The notes: a model not told the origin generated them from the letters alone. Shown: positions 8,785 to 18,569, counted from the first letter of the stretch. The stretch is 64,000 bases of DNA from Candidatus Latescibacterota bacterium (GCA_965215195.1 CBDCDC010000002.1:1024001-1088000); one strand, 5' to 3'. Numbers and translations are program-made.

Positions 8785-11136
8785 AATTTGAGCGCTCGTA
8801 ATCTTCCTTGAAACGTTCCTGCGGTATTTCTCCTTTTCACCTCCTGCTTCGGCGAGGATGTACCACATACACGCCGTCACATAGTCCCGCCTCACCCCCC
8901 GACCTTTCTCATACATCCAGCCCAGGTTGATCTGACCACTGGCATGTCCTTGTTCCGCCGCCTTGCGATACCACTTGACGGCTTCCCTATCGTCTTGCGC
9001 CACCCCCTGACCCCGCCTATACATCCAGCCCAGGTTGTTCTGACCCAAAGCATGTCCTTGTTCCGCCGCCTTGCGATACCACTTGACGGCTTCCCTATCG
9101 TCTTGCGCCACCCCCCGACCTTTCTCATACATCCAGCCCAGGTTGATCTGAGCACTGGCATCTCCTTGTTCCGCCGCCTTGCGATACCACTTGACGGCTT
9201 CCCTATCGTCTTGCGCCACCCCCTGACCCCGCCTATACATCACGCCCAAGTTTCTCTGACCCAAAGCATGTCCTTGTTCCGCCGCCTTGCGATACCACTT
9301 GACGGCTTCCCTATCGTCTTGCGCCACCCCCTGACCTTTCTCATACATCACGCCCAGGTTGTTCTGACCCAAAGCATGTCCTTGTTCCGCCGCCTTGCGA
9401 TACCACTTCACAGCCGTCACATAGTCCCGCGTCACACCCCGGCCCTTTGCATACATCTCGCCTAGGTTGAACTGACCCCAAGCATCTCCTTGTTCAGCTT
9501 TATCCCTTACGAACCCCGCCTGCAGCTCGGAGATGGTTGTACTCGGGGTTTCGTCGTCGGCGATCTTGATGTCCGTCTGCGCCGAACCCCCAGACGCCGC
9601 CGCCTGCACATCGTAATCGAAATCTCGAAAACTTGCGTGTATGGTATAGCTTCCGGTAGATGACTCATAGCTCTCTACTTTGATGTAATAAGTCCCCGGA
9701 TTAGGCGACTGTTCTATTTTGAAATTGTTGCCGCTCCCATCATCGGAATCGCGTACTAAGGTGGCACCAGAACTATTTTGTAGTATCCCCTCTGTATCGA
9801 GAATACCTGTCGTATAGACCGTCAACACACCCGACCTACGTACCTGTACCTTGAAATAATCTACATCACTACCGGGTTTTATCTGCCCCGAGAGTGAATC
9901 CCCCAACGCAAGACTCGTCGCACCAGACCTAGTACCGCTATGATTATCTTTCCGGGCCGGTGGTGGCGACGGACGCTGAACAACAACTCTTTGTTCTCGA
10001 AAACTTGCGTGAATGGTATAGCTTCCGGTATGTGAGCGATAGCTCTCTACTTTGACGTAATAGGTCCCCGAATTAAGCGACTGTTCTATTTTGAAATTTT
10101 TGCCCCTTCCACCATCGTCAGCGCGTGTCAAGGTGGCACCAGAACTATTTTGTAGTATCCCCTCTGTATCGAGACTACCTGTCGTATAGACCGTCAACAC
10201 ACCCGACTTGCGTACCTGCATCTTGAAATAATCTACATCACTACCGGGTTTTATCTGCCCCGAGCGTGAATCCCCCAACGCAAGACTCGTCGCACCAGAC
10301 CTAGTACCGCTATGATCATCGACAACTGACCGCTCTGGACTTTGTTCTCGAAAACTTGCGTAAATGGTATAGCTTCCAGTAGATGACTTATAGCTCTCTA
10401 CTTTGACGTAATAAGTACCCGCACTCACGGACCGGTCTATTTTGAAATTCTTGCCCCTTCCACCATCGTAATCGAGTACCAAGGTGGCACCAGAATTATC
10501 TTGTAGTGTCCCCCTTGTATCGAGATTGCCGGTCGTAGTCGTATAGACCGTCAGCACACCTGACTTGCGTATCTGCATCTTGAAATAATCTACATCACTA
10601 CCGGGTTTTATCTGCCCCGAGCGTGAATCCCCCAACGCAAGACTCGTCGCACCAGACCTAGTACCGCTATGATTATCTTTCCGGGCCGGTGGTGGCGACG
10701 GACGCTGAACAAAAACTGGTTTGTCTGGTTTGTCTTTTATCGAATATACCTCAACGGATCCAAGCCCCGGAGGACTGATTAGCTTCAAAATGGCTAATAA
10801 GAGCACAGGTGCAAGGGCAATCAACACCCCCTTCTCTTTTCGCCCGTAGATATTCATCTCTCGGTACCCTTGAATCGCTGCGCCAATTACAAGTCCCCAA
10901 AAAGCCCAAACCACAACGGGGGAAACGTCGAATCCGGGATAAAATATCTTATCGAGAGCGATAAGTATATTAGTGGAGATGAATTCTAATCCAGTATATA
11001 AACCGAATAAGACATAGGCAGGGATCGAAAAAATAACAAAACCAATAAAAGAAAGTATAAAAGCAGCGACTGCAATGATTATTAGAATCAAGACACAGCC
11101 AACACCAATACCAACAGCTTGGTCCGACATAACCAA
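8737..11136 (-). CDS. Membrane-anchored protein with three PPC-like beta-sandwich repeats and about 6 Sel1 repeats
   Basis: Hydrophobic N-terminus; 3x D.HSGTRSGATSLALGDS.SGQIKPGSDVDYFK..GTYY.KV; then Sel1 repeats AVKWYRKAAEQG. Confidence 0.9.
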   Translation of the reverse strand: MVMSDQAVGIGVGCVLILIIIAVAAFILSFIGFVIFSIPAYVLFGLYTGLEFISTNILIALDKIFYPGFDVSPVVVWAFWGLVIGAAIQGYREMNIYGRKEKGVLIALAPVLLLAILKLISPPGLGSVEVYSIKDKPDKPVFVQRPSPPPARKDNHSGTRSGATSLALGDSRSGQIKPGSDVDYFKMQIRKSGVLTVYTTTTGNLDTRGTLQDNSGATLVLDYDGGRGKNFKIDRSVSAGTYYVKVESYKSSTGSYTIYASFREQSPERSVVDDHSGTRSGATSLALGDSRSGQIKPGSDVDYFKMQVRKSGVLTVYTTGSLDTEGILQNSSGATLTRADDGGRGKNFKIEQSLNSGTYYVKVESYRSHTGSYTIHASFREQRVVVQRPSPPPARKDNHSGTRSGATSLALGDSLSGQIKPGSDVDYFKVQVRRSGVLTVYTTGILDTEGILQNSSGATLVRDSDDGSGNNFKIEQSPNPGTYYIKVESYESSTGSYTIHASFRDFDYDVQAAASGGSAQTDIKIADDETPSTTISELQAGFVRDKAEQGDAWGQFNLGEMYAKGRGVTRDYVTAVKWYRKAAEQGHALGQNNLGVMYEKGQGVAQDDREAVKWYRKAAEQGHALGQRNLGVMYRRGQGVAQDDREAVKWYRKAAEQGDASAQINLGWMYEKGRGVAQDDREAVKWYRKAAEQGHALGQNNLGWMYRRGQGVAQDDREAVKWYRKAAEQGHASGQINLGWMYEKGRGVRRDYVTACMWYILAEAGGEKEKYRRNVSRKITSAQIGEAKRRARAWKLEEE

Positions 11137-11241
11137 CCTTCCTTCATCAATACAGTGAAAACGCTTTTAGAAATCGAAAAGAGCGTCAAAAAAATGCTGT
11201 TTGCACAACTTTCAGCACTCTAACACTGACTATTCTGACCG

Positions 11242-12131
11242 TCAATAGACGTGTGAATCTGCCAATGACCTATCTCGAATGAGAAAATAAAAAACAAAAC
11301 TGGCGATTTTTAAGAGTGCAGTGGTATAAGAAATCAAAAAAATACTTAGCGAATAACTGATGAGAAATTGGAATTGACTTCCCATTAAATAGTACGTGGC
11401 GATTGTTGAGCCGGCAGAGGTCGCGACAAAAAAGAAAAAACAAGCCCCAACTTCCCACTTGTTATCCAACATAAGGGCTCTGGTAAGCCGATAGATTGTG
11501 CCGACCTGATATTCTCTCTCAACTACGATAAACTTCATCCCAAGCGACAGAAAACCAGCGTACATGATAAGTAAAGGTAGAATGCACAGACTAATCACAG
11601 TCCATGCAAGTATGGGGGAACTCAGCGTACGAGAAAAAAAAACAAAAATGGCGAAATTATAGCGACTATAAGCCCGGAGAGGAGATAAAATGAGCCTTTG
11701 AAAATTAAAGCAGGCTTAAAATACATCCGACCATAAGAAATTACCTGTGTGGAACGATAGCTATTTTTTAGGAGTAAGTCGCGAATGATCGCAGCCAGTC
11801 CTGTATCGTTATAAAAGGCGATCAGAAACGAACCTATCAAGAGACTGGCTACAATAATTAGAGATTTCGGCTGTTCAAAATTGAGATATTCCATGCGATG
11901 AAGCACACGCAACAATTCTTCAAAATGCCCCACCTGAACATCTTCAAGTGCATGTCGAAAGGCATTGATATTCACACTGTCTGCAATCATTTCGTACAAT
12001 GTCTTATCTGTAAATTGTTCAATCAGGTCAATAATTTTGCCAAACACCACGGAAATTAGCGCAATGCCGATGAGTTTCCGATTGCGATTCATCACGATAA
12101 ACCCTCGTTTGAGGGAAACTGCCCAAATCAT
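11242..12131 (-). pseudogene. Multi-TM membrane protein split by a frameshift at an A9 tract (ORFs 11622..12131 and 11242..11598)
   Basis: One extra base in the A9 run at 11634..11642 joins ..SPFLFFF to SRTLSSPILAWTVISLCILPLL in a single frame. Confidence 0.6.
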
Positions 12132-13507
12132 CCAGATCTCCTTTTTCGAAAGAAGAAAAAGATACCTGTACCTAAAGCAGCTAAAGCAGCAAATACAACA
12201 ACAAAACTAAAGCCTGCAAAGCGAGGTACATAAACCTGCCACTCTAACATCGGCCATTCGAACCATCTGATCCACCTCAAATCGTTCAAATTCACAAACC
12301 TGGCACTCACTAACCAGCTAAACCCGGAAACTTCAATTAATATCAAGCGTGCAACAAGGGCAATCGCCCCTATTGAAACACCACTAATGGCAACCCGGCG
12401 GATAGATTTCTGAATGGGATAATCAACGTAGCAGGAAATCGGCACTTCCAAATTACCGCCATTCGTCTTGATAATGAGTTCGGTCTTATGAGTTTGTTTG
12501 GCCGTAAGGGAGCTTGCGTCAAGTTCGACAGTTACGGCAGCACTCCTTCTGATCCGGGTCGATGAAATCTGAAGCCCCGGCATTTTGCTTGCCAAGTTGA
12601 CATCGCCGTGGAGAAATCCACGTCCAGTATTCTTAATTTCCAAACGGATGGTTTTTTGGGTTTCGTTATCAATCTTGCCGAACTTGATGCTGGTATGACT
12701 CGTTTCTGGCTCAGGTGAACCAATACGCGGGTCAAGTTTTTGAACAAACATCTCCAAACCGATGTCCCGCTCATCCGCGTAGCCGCTGGTGACTTTCTCC
12801 GCGGTCTTCGCTAACTCCCCTTGATTGACGTACTCAAGCCAGAGCGCGATAAATCCATTGAATAGCAAGGTTTTTGCCTGTGGCCAATTCTGGTCAATCA
12901 ACTTCGCCAGTTGTTGAGGCGTTCCGGCTTCACTTCCATTAAGCTGTATCTTCTCTTTAAGAATTTGCACCATCCCCCTAAGCCCGAAATCCTGATCGTT
13001 GGGATATTTTTTGACAACAGCCCGAGCTGCTTTGGCAAAGAACAACTCGCCAGCTCCATCAAGAGCTGTCGCAAGGGAGCCGTCATAGAGGACATCTTTA
13101 GTACGGTCAGAATGCCTTATCATCAATGTTGCCAACTTTGAGATGCTGGTGGCTTTGTCGCCGTTAGGGAATGTGGCGATGAGACGTGGCTGTGGGGGAT
13201 CGGGCTGTGGGGGATCGGGCTGTGGGGGATCGGGCTGTGGGGGATCGGGATCGTCTATTTTTTTAATGTGTTCCTTTCGCTTTTCTTCGTCTACCAAGAT
13301 ATCCTTAGCGTCCAATAAGAGTTTCTGGCACTCCTTTTGATCTTTCCCTTTGAAACATTTTTTACTACTGAAATATGGGTTATTTATTCCAGCCGTCGTT
13401 AGATTATAGATCCTCCTAAAAGCATCATGAACGCTCTTTTTGAAAGCCTCCTCGTCTTTTTTTTCGGAATCTTCAATTGAAAGATCCAGTACCTCAAAAT
13501 AGTTCAC
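12128..13507 (-). CDS. Degenerate J-domain-like N-terminus + PPQPD linker + helical region + Ig/BACON-like domain + C-terminal TMs
   Basis: MNYFEVLDL..AFRR..LLLDAKDILVDEEKRKEH resembles J-domain helices I/III/IV but has no HPD. EIKNTGRGFLHG is Ig-like. Two hydrophobic C-terminal segments. Confidence 0.7.
   Translation of the reverse strand: MNYFEVLDLSIEDSEKKDEEAFKKSVHDAFRRIYNLTTAGINNPYFSSKKCFKGKDQKECQKLLLDAKDILVDEEKRKEHIKKIDDPDPPQPDPPQPDPPQPDPPQPRLIATFPNGDKATSISKLATLMIRHSDRTKDVLYDGSLATALDGAGELFFAKAARAVVKKYPNDQDFGLRGMVQILKEKIQLNGSEAGTPQQLAKLIDQNWPQAKTLLFNGFIALWLEYVNQGELAKTAEKVTSGYADERDIGLEMFVQKLDPRIGSPEPETSHTSIKFGKIDNETQKTIRLEIKNTGRGFLHGDVNLASKMPGLQISSTRIRRSAAVTVELDASSLTAKQTHKTELIIKTNGGNLEVPISCYVDYPIQKSIRRVAISGVSIGAIALVARLILIEVSGFSWLVSARFVNLNDLRWIRWFEWPMLEWQVYVPRFAGFSFVVVFAALAALGTGIFFFFRKRRSG
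13187..13252. repeat. 15-bp tandem repeat encoding (DPPQP)x4
   Basis: ggctgtgggggatcg repeated about 4 times. Confidence 0.9.
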
Positions 13508-13654
13508 TTTTTCTCCTTTCTAATTCTCTGGTTTCAGCTATCAGGACCGATGCCTTCCATCAAAAGAAAGGGAAGCATTGCCTGACTCTGGTTTATCGTA
13601 TGTAGGTGATGAAGAATAGGGCTTGCTCCCCCGCCGTGCCTTTAGGGTAAGGTC

Positions 13655-15250
13655 CTATTCAACTTCAAGGCTTTGCAGGTGCTCGGTGGCTTCTGCGACC
13701 TCTGCCTCGTTAAGTGTTGGCCGTTCAATCGTTGCGTTTGCAGTGCGTCCATCAGGTCCCTCTACCGTTACCTCAAGCGTCTGATCTAGGTTATATTTGA
13801 AGGTAACATGAATTGGTGCTCCCTTAGATAGTCCAGAAGGCAGTTGAAGAGAGCATTCACCCAACTTGTAATCCTCAAACTTGACATACCCGTCCTCTTT
13901 TTGCTCTTGTTCAAGCCCCTGAATGACCGGTATCAGAGTTGAAGATTGGTTATCATGCCTTGTTACATAGTCTTTCCTTATCTCGCAAGGAACTGGAGTC
14001 ATCTTGGGAATTATCACATCGATGTGAGGCTCTTCTTCGTTCTCATAATAAACCGCGGTCCCGAGATTGTGAGTAGCACCATCAACCACCGTTACTTTGG
14101 GTGCCCCGGCAGGGCCGACGAATCGATCGATGACAGCGTCCGGAATGTCTTCTGTTGCGGCTGTGTCAGAAGTTCCGCTCGTCCCCTCCTCAATCTGGCG
14201 GAGGGTTCCCTGAATCGCTGCGCCGAGTGCTACCGCATCATCGGGATTGACCTCCTGTGGGTTAATCTCTTTGCCGCTGATTTCGGCAATCATCTTTTGC
14301 ACCATCGGCATCCGGGTTGACCCACCCACCAATAGCACTGTGTCAATATCGCTCCACGTCATGTTCCCTTCAGCGAGTACCACATCGCACAAGCCTCGGC
14401 ATCTTTCGACAAGATCGTGGGTCAGTTCCTCAAACTTTTCGCGCGTCAACTCAACGCGGCTACTCTTGCCGTTATAGTTGCATACAATTCGTGCCCTCTG
14501 CAGTCGGGATAAAGCTTCCTTTGCCGCAATTGCCCTCAGTTGGATATCTTGATACGTCTCAAGAGCCTGTAACGGATTTTCGCCGTGTTCACTCTCAAAC
14601 ATTTCGGCCACATGGACGATTATTGCATCGTCCCAATCCTTCCCCCCAAGTCTGTGGTCGCCATTTGTTGCTATCATCTCTATTCTAGAATCAGAAACCT
14701 TCGTGATGGTTACGTCAAACGTCCCACCCCCAAGGTCAAATACGAACACAGTCTGGTCGCTGCCCAACTGATCAAGCCCGTAGGCAAGTGCAGCCGCAGT
14801 CGGTTCATTAAGCACTTGCAAGACGTTCAATCCCGCAATTTTACCGGCGCTGCGCGTCGCCTCACGCTCTGCGTCACGAAAATAAGCGGGGACAGTGATG
14901 ACCGCATCGGTGATCTCCGTCTTAAGATACGCCTCGGCATCCTGTTTGAGTCTTTGCAAAATCAGCGCGGAGAGTTCTTCGGCTGAATACTTCTTACCAT
15001 TAAATTCTCGGGAAAACTCCTCTTTGGATTTGCCCATTTCGCGTTTGACGAACTCTACGATCTGCTCTGGCATCAATGCAGCGTTCTGCTTGGCGACTTT
15101 CCCAACGGTGATGACCTCCTCAAACAGAATCACTGAGGGCGTAAGTCGATCACTTTCCTCGTTTGGAATGATCTCCGGCTGGGCATGTTCGTTGACATGC
15201 GCTATCGCAGAAAATGTCGTTCCTAGATCAATTCCAACAACTTTAGCCAT
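13655..15250 (-). CDS. Hsp70-family protein, specialised, lacking the helical lid
   Basis: GIDLGTTFS, TVPAYF, NEPTAAA, DLGGGTFDVT, VGGSTRMP; 531 aa, ends shortly after the SBD-beta. Confidence 0.95.
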   Translation of the reverse strand: MAKVVGIDLGTTFSAIAHVNEHAQPEIIPNEESDRLTPSVILFEEVITVGKVAKQNAALMPEQIVEFVKREMGKSKEEFSREFNGKKYSAEELSALILQRLKQDAEAYLKTEITDAVITVPAYFRDAEREATRSAGKIAGLNVLQVLNEPTAAALAYGLDQLGSDQTVFVFDLGGGTFDVTITKVSDSRIEMIATNGDHRLGGKDWDDAIIVHVAEMFESEHGENPLQALETYQDIQLRAIAAKEALSRLQRARIVCNYNGKSSRVELTREKFEELTHDLVERCRGLCDVVLAEGNMTWSDIDTVLLVGGSTRMPMVQKMIAEISGKEINPQEVNPDDAVALGAAIQGTLRQIEEGTSGTSDTAATEDIPDAVIDRFVGPAGAPKVTVVDGATHNLGTAVYYENEEEPHIDVIIPKMTPVPCEIRKDYVTRHDNQSSTLIPVIQGLEQEQKEDGYVKFEDYKLGECSLQLPSGLSKGAPIHVTFKYNLDQTLEVTVEGPDGRTANATIERPTLNEAEVAEATEHLQSLEVE

Positions 15251-16325
15251 CTCTTTCCTCTCCTTTTTCGGTTGGGGATGGTGTGTATCGGAAAATTGTC
15301 ACCTCTTCTGGACGGAACACCTTATCCCGCCAGTAGAATCCGATTTTGTGAACTTCTGCCACTTTCCAATCCTGCTCAGGGGTATCGGCAGGTTTTGTGT
15401 AGAGCGTTTTGTGCAACTTCCGGTTCAGTGTCTCCAGACGTTCCTCGTACGGGATCACATCCAGACGGAACAAAACTTCTTCTAATTCTAAGCGCACATT
15501 CTCCAGATTCTTCTGAAATTGATACAGGTCATTAGAACGAATATCCTCCGTTGCGTTGAGAATACCATTGAGTTGTGATTCAATCAGCTTAAAGTTATCG
15601 TAGAACCCGATCAAATTTTGGATAATCGGCTTGTGATGAGCCTCAAGGAGGGAATTTTCCTTGTACTCCTTCATTTCGCGATGGATCGCGTCAAACATCT
15701 TATTCTGATTCGCGTTGCGAGCAATCTGTTCTTCAAACAGTTGCCGCAACTCGGACAAGCTCTGCGTCACTTCTGTCAGTGAGTCTGTCTGTAATGCCGG
15801 CGGATCACCCTCTGGTGTTGACGGATCCGTTGCCTCAACCACGTCTATTTTCGACGGCGTTTCAACGCGCAGGGTCAGGCATGGGCCAACCGGTTTGTGA
15901 AAAGCCTCAAGGTACTCCTGCATTTCACGGTAAAGCGCGTCGAACCTGTTGTTTTTATCTCGGTTTTGGGCAATCTGTTCTTCAAACAGTTGCCGCAACT
16001 CGGACAAGCCCTGAGTCACCTCTGCCAGCGAGTCTGTTTGTAATGCCGACGGTTCATCCTTTTCTGTCGAGCTTTCACCACCATCACCGTTGGTCTCTGA
16101 GTGTGAGTTAGCACCTGTACCCAACTCATCCTCTGAAGGCGTATCAGTTTGTGATGCCTCAGGCTCACCCTCTGGGGTTTGTCGATCCGTTGTCTCGCCC
16201 GCAGCTATTTCGGGTGAGGTTTCACTGTCATTACTGTCGTTTTCTACCGGCAAATCGGGGACCGTATCCGAAGTGGCCCCTGACGTTGCATCATCGGGTT
16301 TTTTCTTCCTAGACCAAGGCCACAT
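15243..16325 (-). CDS. grpE: GrpE-like nucleotide exchange factor with acidic N-terminus and internal duplication
   Basis: C-terminal VAEVHKIGFYWRDKVFRPEEVTI beta-domain signature; lies between two Hsp70 genes; GAGGAGG RBS before ATG 16325. Confidence 0.8.
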   Translation of the reverse strand: MWPWSRKKKPDDATSGATSDTVPDLPVENDSNDSETSPEIAAGETTDRQTPEGEPEASQTDTPSEDELGTGANSHSETNGDGGESSTEKDEPSALQTDSLAEVTQGLSELRQLFEEQIAQNRDKNNRFDALYREMQEYLEAFHKPVGPCLTLRVETPSKIDVVEATDPSTPEGDPPALQTDSLTEVTQSLSELRQLFEEQIARNANQNKMFDAIHREMKEYKENSLLEAHHKPIIQNLIGFYDNFKLIESQLNGILNATEDIRSNDLYQFQKNLENVRLELEEVLFRLDVIPYEERLETLNRKLHKTLYTKPADTPEQDWKVAEVHKIGFYWRDKVFRPEEVTIFRYTPSPTEKGEERDG

Positions 16326-16405
16326 CGTAACCTCCTCTATCAAAAGTAAGTAGTAAAGGTGAGCAAGAATTCAAATCCTTGCTTCGCTTCTGATTCGTAG
16401 ATGAT

Positions 16406-18478
16406 CTATAATCTCATCAGCCCACTGCCACCCCACGAAGATTCCGTGACGAGGCGACCTGCAATGGTGGTAAAAGTCGATTCAAGCTGAACGCTCTCCT
16501 CTGCGAAATAGTAGTCCTCGGGGGTTGACCCAACTTGCTTGAGATACTTGCTATCGACACCATTACCGACACCAATCGTAATCATTCGGATCCCTTGATG
16601 TTTTGCGAGTTCAGCTTCTCGGCTCGTACTACTTGAGTCATTGGGCATGCCATCGGTCAACAAGATAAGCACATTCTCATTATCGCTGTTGACCAATACT
16701 TGCTTTCGGGTAAGAGCGATTGCCTCGGCCATTGGCGTACTACCATCGGCATTCAAGTTTTTGATTGCCCGGCGGAGTTTCGCAAAATCTTGTGTGAGTT
16801 CCATCTGAATGTGAGCAGAGGGATTCCCAAAACTGACAAGCCCTACGTGGGCACTCGGATCGATATTATCGAGGAATTGAACTGCGGCTTTTCTTGCATC
16901 GCGGATTTCTTGACCAAACATACTCATCGAGCAGTCAATGACCAAGGCGATGTCCATAGGCACAGGCTCAGGAGCAACGAGGCTGTCCCAATCAATATCC
17001 TCCACCTTCTTCCGCTTGGGAAGTGCTTTTCCAGAAAGCACATCCTCGGCTTCGACCTCAATCACGCCACTCGCGTTATATTTGAAAGTGACTCTGAGGC
17101 GCGTCTCCCCAGCAGGGCGTGGTGGGATATTGTAGATTTCATAAGCGTCGCGCACGGGGCAATCGCGTGGGTCTTGCATGTCTCCCTGTACCACAATCAC
17201 ATCAAATTCCGTTTGATCGGGGCTTGTCGTCTCATAGTTGTCACGGCTAATCTCACAGGGGATGTTGGTGTTTTTTTTAATAATCGTACTGTTGCTCAAT
17301 TCTCCGATCTCGTCTAGGACGACCATCCCGAGGCTATGGGAGCAAACATCGCTAATCCGCATGATGCCCGTAATTGGGGCAGGTCCTGCACCGATGAATC
17401 GGCGTTCTTCTGTCTGTTCGGATTGAATAAGTGCGCCCATCCCTGCGGCACCAATCGCGACGGCTTCATCGGGATTGACCGAAGTATCCGGCGGCTTTCC
17501 GAAGTCTTGGGCCAGCATGTCGCGAATCATCGGCAGGCGCGTTGAACCACCGATCAAGAGGACCGTGTCAATCTGCTCCCGCGTTAAATTCGCTTCTATC
17601 AATACGACATCTACGAGGCCCCTACATCTTGTGACCAGATCAGATGTAATTGCCTCAAATTCCTGCCGGGTGAGTTGGAGACGAAGAGTTTTTCCCGCGT
17701 AATTAGCAGTAATCGCGGCTCTGTTGCGGGTTGACAACTGACTCTTGGCATGAACCGCACTCGCCTGAAGATCTTGGTAGGCATGAAGGTCAACCAATGG
17801 ATTTTCGCCGTGTTCAGTTTCAAATATTTTGGCCACATGGACGATTATTGCATCGTCCCAATCCTTCCCCCCAAGTCTGTGGTCGCCGTTAGTCGCTAAA
17901 ATTTTCATCTCCTGTCCATCAACTTCCATGATAGTCACATCAAAGGTGCCACCGCCAAGATCAAAGACTAAAACCCTTGACTTACTGCCGCTCTGGTGCA
18001 TGCCATAAGCGATAGCAGCGGCGGTTGGTTCATTGATGATGCGGTGAACTTTAAGCCCTGCGATTTCCCCTGCACGAATAGTCGCCTGCCGTTCCGAGTC
18101 ATTGAAGTAGGCGGGGACCGTAATAACAGCATCGGTGATCTCCGTGTTAAAATACGCCTCGGCATCCTGTTTGAGTTGTTGCAAAATCAGCGCGGAGAGT
18201 TCTTCAGCCGAATACTCCTTACCATTAAATTCTCGGAAAAACTTCTCTTTGGATTTGCCCATCTCGCGTTTGACGAATTCTACGATCTGGGCTGGCATCG
18301 CTACAGAGTTCTGCTTGGCGATTTTCCCAACGGTGACGAGATCATCCTCAAACAGAATCACTGAGGGCGTAAGTCGATCACTATCCGCGTTTGGAATGAT
18401 CTCCGGCTGGGCATGTTCGTTGATATGTGCAACAGCAGAAAATGTGGTCCCTAAATCAATCCCGATTATTTTGGGCAT
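16406..18478 (-). CDS. Hsp70 fused to a C-terminal vWA domain
   Basis: Hsp70 ATPase motifs intact; C-terminal DIALVIDCSMSM, GSTPMAEA, LILLTDGMPN (MIDAS); AAGGAGA RBS before ATG 18478. Confidence 0.95.
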   Translation of the reverse strand: MPKIIGIDLGTTFSAVAHINEHAQPEIIPNADSDRLTPSVILFEDDLVTVGKIAKQNSVAMPAQIVEFVKREMGKSKEKFFREFNGKEYSAEELSALILQQLKQDAEAYFNTEITDAVITVPAYFNDSERQATIRAGEIAGLKVHRIINEPTAAAIAYGMHQSGSKSRVLVFDLGGGTFDVTIMEVDGQEMKILATNGDHRLGGKDWDDAIIVHVAKIFETEHGENPLVDLHAYQDLQASAVHAKSQLSTRNRAAITANYAGKTLRLQLTRQEFEAITSDLVTRCRGLVDVVLIEANLTREQIDTVLLIGGSTRLPMIRDMLAQDFGKPPDTSVNPDEAVAIGAAGMGALIQSEQTEERRFIGAGPAPITGIMRISDVCSHSLGMVVLDEIGELSNSTIIKKNTNIPCEISRDNYETTSPDQTEFDVIVVQGDMQDPRDCPVRDAYEIYNIPPRPAGETRLRVTFKYNASGVIEVEAEDVLSGKALPKRKKVEDIDWDSLVAPEPVPMDIALVIDCSMSMFGQEIRDARKAAVQFLDNIDPSAHVGLVSFGNPSAHIQMELTQDFAKLRRAIKNLNADGSTPMAEAIALTRKQVLVNSDNENVLILLTDGMPNDSSSTSREAELAKHQGIRMITIGVGNGVDSKYLKQVGSTPEDYYFAEESVQLESTFTTIAGRLVTESSWGGSGLMRL

Positions 18479-18496
18479 TTGGATTTTCTCCTTATG

Positions 18497-18568
18497 TAAC
18501 ACAGTATTGTGTATCGGCGTAGTGCCATCCTTGTCCTGCACGTTGACATCGGAGCCGCGATCGCGATA
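18497..18568 (-). pseudogene. Relic of an ankyrin repeat
   Basis: Translates as YRDRGSDVNVQDKDGTTPIHNT, close to the ankyrin consensus GADVNxxDxDGxTPLH. Confidence 0.6.
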
Positions 18569-18569
18569 A

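Noticed and set aside
7840-9490. 108-bp periodic repeats as CRISPR or satellite DNA
   Set aside because: They encode canonical 36-aa Sel1 repeats.
13655-18478. Housekeeping dnaK-grpE-dnaJ operon
   Set aside because: Both Hsp70s lack the lid, one carries vWA, the J-like protein has no HPD or zinc finger, and no hrcA gene is adjacent.
16406-18541. ORF-track start at 18541 for Hsp70-vWA
   Set aside because: The RBS and Hsp70 homology point to ATG 18478; the extension is the ankyrin relic.
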